This document shows positions 57,270 to 64,000 of a stretch of DNA of 64,000 bases, one piece after another. The stretch comes from Eledone cirrhosa (lineage: Eukaryota). The position numbers and the translations under genes are program-made. The stretch covers positions 19,096,001-19,160,000 of the forward strand of contig OZ024761.1 in the NCBI GenBank assembly GCA_964016885.1, given 5' to 3'. A model generated the notes under the pieces. The model worked only from the letters and a program-made list of their open reading frames with translations. It was not told the DNA's origin and searched no databases. Positions within the stretch are counted from its first letter, which is position 1, and each line of letters begins with the position of its first letter.

Positions 57270-58020
57270 CCCCATCACACACTCTCTCTCTCACCCTCAC
57301 CTTCACACACTCACAATCTCTCACAATCCCTCTCACTCTCTCCTTCACACACTCACACAATCTCTCTCACCCTCTCATTCACACACTCTCACAATCTCTC
57401 TCACCCTCTCCTTCACACACTCTCAGTCTCTCTCACCCTCTCCTTCACACACTCTCTCACCCTCTCCTTCACACACTCTCACAGTCTCTCTCACCCTCTC
57501 CTTCACACACTCTCTCACCCCCTCCTTCACACACTCTCACAGTCTCTCTCACCCTCTCCTTCACAAACTCTCACAATCTCTCTCACCCTCTCCTTCACAC
57601 ACTCTCACAGCCTCTCCTTCACACACTCACAGTCTCTCTCACCCTCTCCTTCACAAACTCTCACAGTCTCTCTCTCACCCTCTCCTTCACAAACTCTCAC
57701 AATCTCTCACAGCCTCTCACACCCTCTCCTTCTCACACTCTCACAGCCTCTCACACCCTGTCCTTCACACACTCTCACAGTCTCTCTCACCCTCTCCTTC
57801 ACACACTCTCACAGTCTCTCTCACCCCCTCCTTCACACACTCTCACACCCTCTCCTTCACACACTCTCACAGTCTCTCTCACCCCCTCCTTCACACACTC
57901 TCACACCCTCTCCTTCACAAACTCTCACAATCTCTCTCACCCTCTCCTTCACACACTCTCACACCCTCTCCTTCACACACTCTCACAGTCTCTCTCACCC
58001 CCTCCTTCACACAATCTCTC
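57270..58020. repeat. CT/CA-rich ~24-34 bp minisatellite
   Basis: TCACCCTCTCCTTCACACACTCTCACAG. Confidence 0.93.
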
Positions 58021-58194
58021 CCTCCCACTCCCCACCCTCCTACCTTACTATCTGCTGTCCTAGATGTAAGCCTCTTGTGCAGCCGATGTACATCTGTTAC
58101 AAGCTGGAAACATTGCACCATATTTAGACAGTCTCAATTGGGTGGCCACGACTGATCAAATGTTGACCTTTTCAGTGATTATTCTCTCTATATA

Positions 58195-58230
<36 letters not shown>

Positions 58231-58253
58231 CATATATACATATATATATATAT

Positions 58254-58306
<53 letters not shown>

Positions 58307-58352
58307 TACAAAGATACATATACATGCACACATACATATATATATATATATA

Positions 58353-58452
58353 CAGGGCGTCCCCCCAAAATATATACACACTTCAACACAGCATTCTAAT
58401 AAATATTGCCTGTACAGGTAATCAAAATGTGTATACATTTTGGGGGGACACC

Positions 58453-58455
<3 letters not shown>
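58353..58455. mobile_element. Tc1/mariner-type MITE, 103 bp
   Basis: TA-CAGGGCGTCCCCCCAAAATATATACACA ... TGTGTATACATTTTGGGGGGACACCCTG-TA, 28-bp TIRs. Confidence 0.9.
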
Positions 58456-58506
<51 letters not shown>

Positions 58507-58607
58507 TCACACACACACACGTTAATATTAAGGTGAAGATTAAAACATTAACAATTGATCCATAGAATGAAAACTTATGTTAGACATTTCTATCAGACTT
58601 ACACCTG

Positions 58608-58647
<40 letters not shown>

Positions 58648-58664
58648 TTTTCATTTCATTTCAT

Positions 58665-58980
58665 TTTACGTCCGCTTTTCCCTGTTTGCAAGGGTGGGAC
58701 AGGAACTGATTCTGGCTTGATTTCTACAGCTGGATGCCCTTCCTAACGCCAACCTCATTTACAGTGAGTGCTGGGTGCTTTTTTGCCGTGGCACCTCCAC
58801 GACCACTTTGCAGTGGAATGATAGGGACCCCAGTCCCTATCATCTCATTTCTACAGCTGAGTAAACTGGAGCAATGTGAAACAAAGTGTCTTGCTCAAGG
58901 AAACAACACATCACCCGGTCTGAGAATTGAACTCATAACCTTTCGATTGCAAAGCCAATGCTCTAACCACTAAGCCATGT
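58665..58980 (-). mobile_element. CORE-type SINE with GGTTGGCGTTAGGAAGGGCATCC tail
   Basis: 58820-58980 is the reverse complement of 23944-24092. Confidence 0.82.
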
Positions 58981-59773
58981 GTGTGTGTGTGTGTATGTGT
59001 ACTGTTATATGCCATCAATAGGTATATTATATAGTACATAGTAGTATATGCCACAGGGTGTTTGGCTACTTGAGACTTGATGTAAAGATGAACGAAGCTA
59101 GTTTCGGATCTTTATTGAGACTCATCAGAGATCGCTTATACAAGTATTTAGCTATACCATACGTCCATACGTGCTTCTCCACTCATATACCCATCTCTCC
59201 ACCTATCCTTCCATCTACTCACTCACCTATCTATCCACCTATTTGTCCACTAACTACCTACCTACCCCTCAATCCATCCACCCATCTCTTCACCTATCTC
59301 TTCACCCATCCATTATTACAAAGAATCACATAAGAAACGAATCCCAGATATTCTTCTTCTTCTTCTCCTGTTCTTCTTTTCTTTTTTTTCTTCTTCTCTT
59401 TCTCTTGTCCTCTTTCTTCTTCTCCCTCTCCTTTCTCTTGTTCCTCTTCTCTCTTCTTCTCCTGTTCTTTCTCTCGTCCTCCTCTTTCTTCTTCTCCCTC
59501 ACCTTTTCTTTTTTATTCTTCCTCTCCTTTTCCTCTCCTTTTCTTCTACTCTTTCTCTCGTCCTCTTCTTTCTTCTCCCTCTCCTTTCTCTTGTCCTCTT
59601 CTCTCTTCTCCTGTTGTTCTTTCTCTCGTCCTCCTCTTTCTTCTTCTCCCTCTCCATTTCTTTTTTTTATTCTTCCTCTCCTTTTCCTCTCCTTTTCCTC
59701 TTTTCTTTTCCTTCTCTTTCTCTTGTCCTCTTCTTTTCTTTTCCTTCTCCCACTCCTCCTCCCCCTTTGTCAG

Positions 59774-59871
59774 TTGTTTGATTTATTAATTACCGTAAAA
59801 AGATTCCAATATGGAACCAAACAAAGAGAATCTGGAAAGGACGAAAAGAAGGAAAGAAGGAGGAGAAAATG
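59774..59871 (+). other. Candidate exon with ATG (MEPNKENLERTKRRKEGGEN)
   Basis: CAG at 59771 after a ~420-nt pyrimidine tract; ATG 59811; G/GTAAAT donor at 59871/59872. Confidence 0.25.
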
Positions 59872-59926
59872 GTAAATTTAACAATGGAACTTCTTTCTCG
59901 GAAAATATAGAGAATTTCTGACAGTG

Positions 59927-59986
<60 letters not shown>

Positions 59987-60076
59987 CTCGGCCGAAGAAG
60001 AAGATGTATGTATTTATACATATATATACACATATCTTAATATATATATATTATACATATTATGTATATACATAAG

Positions 60077-60115
<39 letters not shown>

Positions 60116-60289
60116 TATATGTATATATATGTGTATATACATATGTATGTGTGTGTGTGGGGTCGGTGCTGGTGTTGGGGATGAGACGGTGGGCGGGGGG
60201 GGGTAGATCGCCTTTAATTGGTCCCCGGCTCGTTTTACAGAGTGATTATGAAAAAAGATAGATGATACCCCTCCAAAAAAATGGGTGGT

Positions 60290-60745
60290 GGGGTGTAGTG
60301 TTGTGTCTTGATGGTGGTGGGGTAGTGTCTTGATGGGGGTGGTGATAGTGGTGGGGGTAGTGTCTTGATGGTGGAGGTGATGATGGTGGGGTAGTGTCTT
60401 GATGGGGGTGGTGATGGTGGTGGGGGTAGTGTCTTGATGGGGGTGGGGTAGTGTCTTGATGGGGGTGGTGATGGTGGTGGGGGTAGTGTCTTGATGGGGG
60501 GGTGATGATGGTGGGGGTAGTGTCTTGATGGTGGAGGTGATGGTGGTGGGGTAGTGTTTTGATGGGGGCTGTGATGGTGGTGGGGGTGTGTCTTGATGGG
60601 GGGGTGATGGTGGTGGGGTAGTGTTTTGATGGTGGTGGGGTAGTGTCTTGATGGGGGTGGTGATGGTGGTGGGGGTAGTGTCTTGATGGTGGTGGGGTAG
60701 TGTCTTGATGGGGGTGGTGGTGGGGGTAGTGTCTTGATGGGGGGG
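60290..60745. repeat. G-rich minisatellite GGGGTAGTGTCTTGATGG
   Basis: Direct reading. Confidence 0.93.
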
Positions 60746-61039
60746 GGGGGGCAGTGGTTTTTTTAAGATGGCTGAGAAGAACCGGAAAAGATTTGTGTTC
60801 AAAGATTTGTGAGAAATTGAGATAGGCAGGTGGAGGGTGGGGAGAGAAGGATAGTTAAATTATGAGAGAGTGTGTGTGGGGGGGGGGGGTGTAATGGAGG
60901 TGGTTGGTGCGGGTTCAAGCGGTGGAAGTGGAGGGGAGGTAGGGGGTTGTTTTCGAAAAGAGACAAAACATGATATGGAACAACAACAACAACAACAACT
61001 TAATATGGATTAAGGTGAAATGTACTTAATGAGAGAGAT

Positions 61040-61700
61040 GGGATATGAGATATCTTATATAGAAGAGTTTTGTAGAGAAAATATGAGACATCTTATATAG
61101 AGCTGTTGTGTAGAGAAAAATTAGGACATCTCTCTAGAGGTAGTGTGTAGATAGAAAAATAGGACATCTTATATAGAGATTTTGTGTAGAGAGAAAAATA
61201 GGACATCTTATATAGAGATTTTGTGTAGAGAGAAAAATAGGACATCTCTCTAGAGGTAGTGTGTAGAGAGAAAAATAGGACATCTTATATAGAGATTTTG
61301 TGTAGAGAGAAAAATAGGACATCTCTCTAGAGGTAATGTGTAGAGAGAAAAATAGGACATCTTATATAGGAGTATAGTGTGGTGACAAAAATAGGATATC
61401 TTATATAGAGGTTTTGTGTAGAGAGAAAAATAGGACATCTTATATAGAGATATTATGTAGAGAAAAAAATGAGATATCTTATACAGGAGTATAGTGTGGT
61501 GAGAAAAATGGGACATCTTATATAGAGGCTGTGTGTAGATAGAAAATGAGACATCTTATATAGAAGAATCGTATAGAGAGAAAGTGGGACATCTTATATA
61601 GGAGTATAGTGTGGAGAGAAAGTGGGACATCTTATATAGAAGTATAGTGTGTTGAGAAAAATGGGACATCTTATATAGAAGTATAGTGTGGAGAGAAAAA
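61040..61700. repeat. ~39-bp minisatellite
   Basis: GGACATCTTATATAGAG..TGTGTAGAGAGAAAAATA. Confidence 0.93.
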
Positions 61701-62099
61701 TTGATTAGATAATTAGATTGCAAAACAAAGTTGTGTGTGTATGCATCTATCTATGTCTGCTTGCCTATCGATGTATGTGTGAGTGTGTATGTCTGTCTAT
61801 GAATGTGTGTGTATGTCTATATTCTTGTATGTATTTATCTATCTATGTGTATGCATGTTTATCTGTATATATATATATATATAAATATGTGTGTGTGTCT
61901 ATCATGTGTATGCATATTTATCTATATATGTGTGTGTGTGTGTGTGTGTCTATCTGTGTATGTATGTGTATGTCCATGTCTCTCCCACTCACCCCCACCC
62001 CGCCCTCCTCTACCCTTTCTCTCGTGTGCCGCTCATCATTATTAAAAGATGCACTAACAAACGCCGTTACCACGACAACGGCTCAGTGCTATTGTTGGT

Positions 62100-63430
62100 G
62101 GAGCTGGTGGTTGTGGTAGTGGTGGTGGTAGTGATAATGTGGTGGTGGTGTTTGTGGTTGTGGTAGTGGTGGTAGTAGTGCTGGTGGTGGTGGTAGTGGT
62201 GGTAGTGGTGGTAGTAGTGGTGGTAGTGGTGGTAGTAGTGCTGGTGGTGGTGGTGGTAGTGGTGGTGATAATGGTGGTGGTAATGGTAGTGGTAGTGGTA
62301 GTGATAATGTGGTGGTGGTAGAGCTGGTGGTAATGGTGATAGTAATGTTAGTGGTATTGGTGATAGTAGTGGTAGTGGTAGTGCTGGTGGTAATAGAATT
62401 GTGGTACTGGTAGTGGTGATGGTGGTAATGATTGTAGTGCTGATGGTAGTGGTAATGGTGATGGTAGTGGTGATACTGATGGTGGTGGTAGTGTTTGTAG
62501 TGCTGGTGGTAATTGTAGTGATGATGGTAGTGGTAGTGATGATGGTAGTGGTAGTGATGGCAATGGTGGTAATGGTGATGGTAGTGGTGATAGTGGTAGT
62601 GGGAGTGGTAGTGGTGATGGTAATGGTGGTGGTAATGGTGATGGTAGTGGTGATAGTGGTAGTGGTGATGGTAGTGATGATAGTGGTAGTGGTGATGGGA
62701 GTGGTGATACTGATGGTGGTGGTAGTGTTTGTAGTGCTGGTGGTAATTGTAGTGATGATGGTAGTGGTAGTGATGATGGTAGTGGTAGTGATGGCAATGG
62801 TGGTAGTGGTGATAGTGGTAGTGGTGATGGGAGTGGTAGTGATGGCAATGGTGGTGGTAATAGTGGTGATAGTGGTAGTGGTGATGGGAGTGGTAGTGAT
62901 GGCAATGGTGGTGGTAATGGTGATGGTAGTGGTGATAGTGGTAGTGGTGATGGTAGTGGTAGTGATTGCAATGGTGATGGTAGTGGTGATAGTGGTAGTG
63001 GTGATGGGAGTGGTAGTGATTGCAATGGTGGTGGTAATGGTGATGGTAGTGGTGATAGTGGTAGTGGTGATGGGAGTGGTAGTGATTGCAATGGTGATGG
63101 TAGTGGTGATAGTGGTAGTGGTGATGGGAGTGGTAGTGATTGCAATGGTGGTGGTAATGGTGATGGTAGTGGTGATAGTGGTAGTGGTGATGGTAGTGGT
63201 AGTGATTGCAATGGTGATGGTAGTGGTGATAGTGGTAGTGGTGATGGGAGTGGTAGTGATTGCAATGGTGGTGGTAATGGTGATGGTAGTGGTGATAGTG
63301 GTAGTGGTGATGGGAGTGGTAGTGATTGCAATGGTGGTGGTAATGGTGATGGTAGTGGTGATAGTGGTAGTGGTGATGGGAGTGGTAGTGATTGCAATGG
63401 TGGTGGTAATGGTGATGGTAGTGGCAGTGG
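62100..63430. repeat. (GTG/GTA/ATG)n triplet array with higher-order units
   Basis: Direct reading. Confidence 0.95.
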
Positions 63431-64000
63431 TATGCGAGAGAGGGGGGGGGAGGAGTTGCAGAAGTGAGCCAAGCTGCGGCACCTTACTTTTAGCTTAAGG
63501 GGCTTGAATTTGCATCTCGTGAAATTTTGTAATATGGAGAAACAACAACAAACAACAACAACAATAATAACAACAATAATAGCAAGCAAATAAATAAAGG
63601 GGGTAGGGGTGGGGAGGGAGTGTGAGTGTAGAGAGACGGGGGGGTGACAAGTTAGAGAGAAAAATATATAAGTCGACTGCAGGGGGGGGGGGGGTATGAA
63701 TGCTTATGATGACACTGTGAAGGACAATTTGTCAATCAGTGAGTGTGTGTGTATGTGTGTGTCTGAAAGTGTGTGTGTGTGTGGTGGTGGTGTGGGGTGA
63801 TGTTTCATGATGAATTCAAAAGATGCAGTCACCGTGATATATATATATATATATACACATATACATATACATACATATTCATACATATACATATATATAT
63901 ACATATATATACATATACATATACATACATATACATATATATATACATATATATAAAGATACATATACATACATATATATACAGATACATATACATACAT

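Noticed and set aside
60290-60745. Telomere-like or G-quadruplex regulatory array
   Set aside because: No TTAGGG; G4 potential is generic to G-rich minisatellites

Overview
AT-rich, repeat-saturated non-coding animal DNA, most likely octopus/cephalopod (inferred from the SINE types and extreme microsatellite load; not verified). No intact host gene is visible and nearly all ORF-track entries are microsatellite translations. Recognisable content: many tRNA-derived SINEs (two body types), three non-LTR retrotransposon 3' fragments (two RTE-like, one RLE/R4-Dong-like), Tc1/mariner- and pogo-type MITEs, many mini/microsatellites, and two weak candidate + strand exons. The main signal is a dense, diverse set of short elements embedded in (TA)n tracts that carry type I hammerhead ribozyme folds (CUGANGA-stem II-GAAA-short, often palindromic stem III-NUH-stem I). 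I count about 12 full-length folds, two with core mutations, plus several half-motifs in at least five sequence families. They show stem II covariation, a recurring pyrimidine-pyrimidine mismatch at stem II position 4, one ~115-nt stem II, a shared downstream GAGYRCY motif, and fold-back duplications that turn at or inside the ribozyme. This resembles Penelope-like element pseudo-LTR/retrozyme biology. All pairings were read by eye and catalytic activity is untested.
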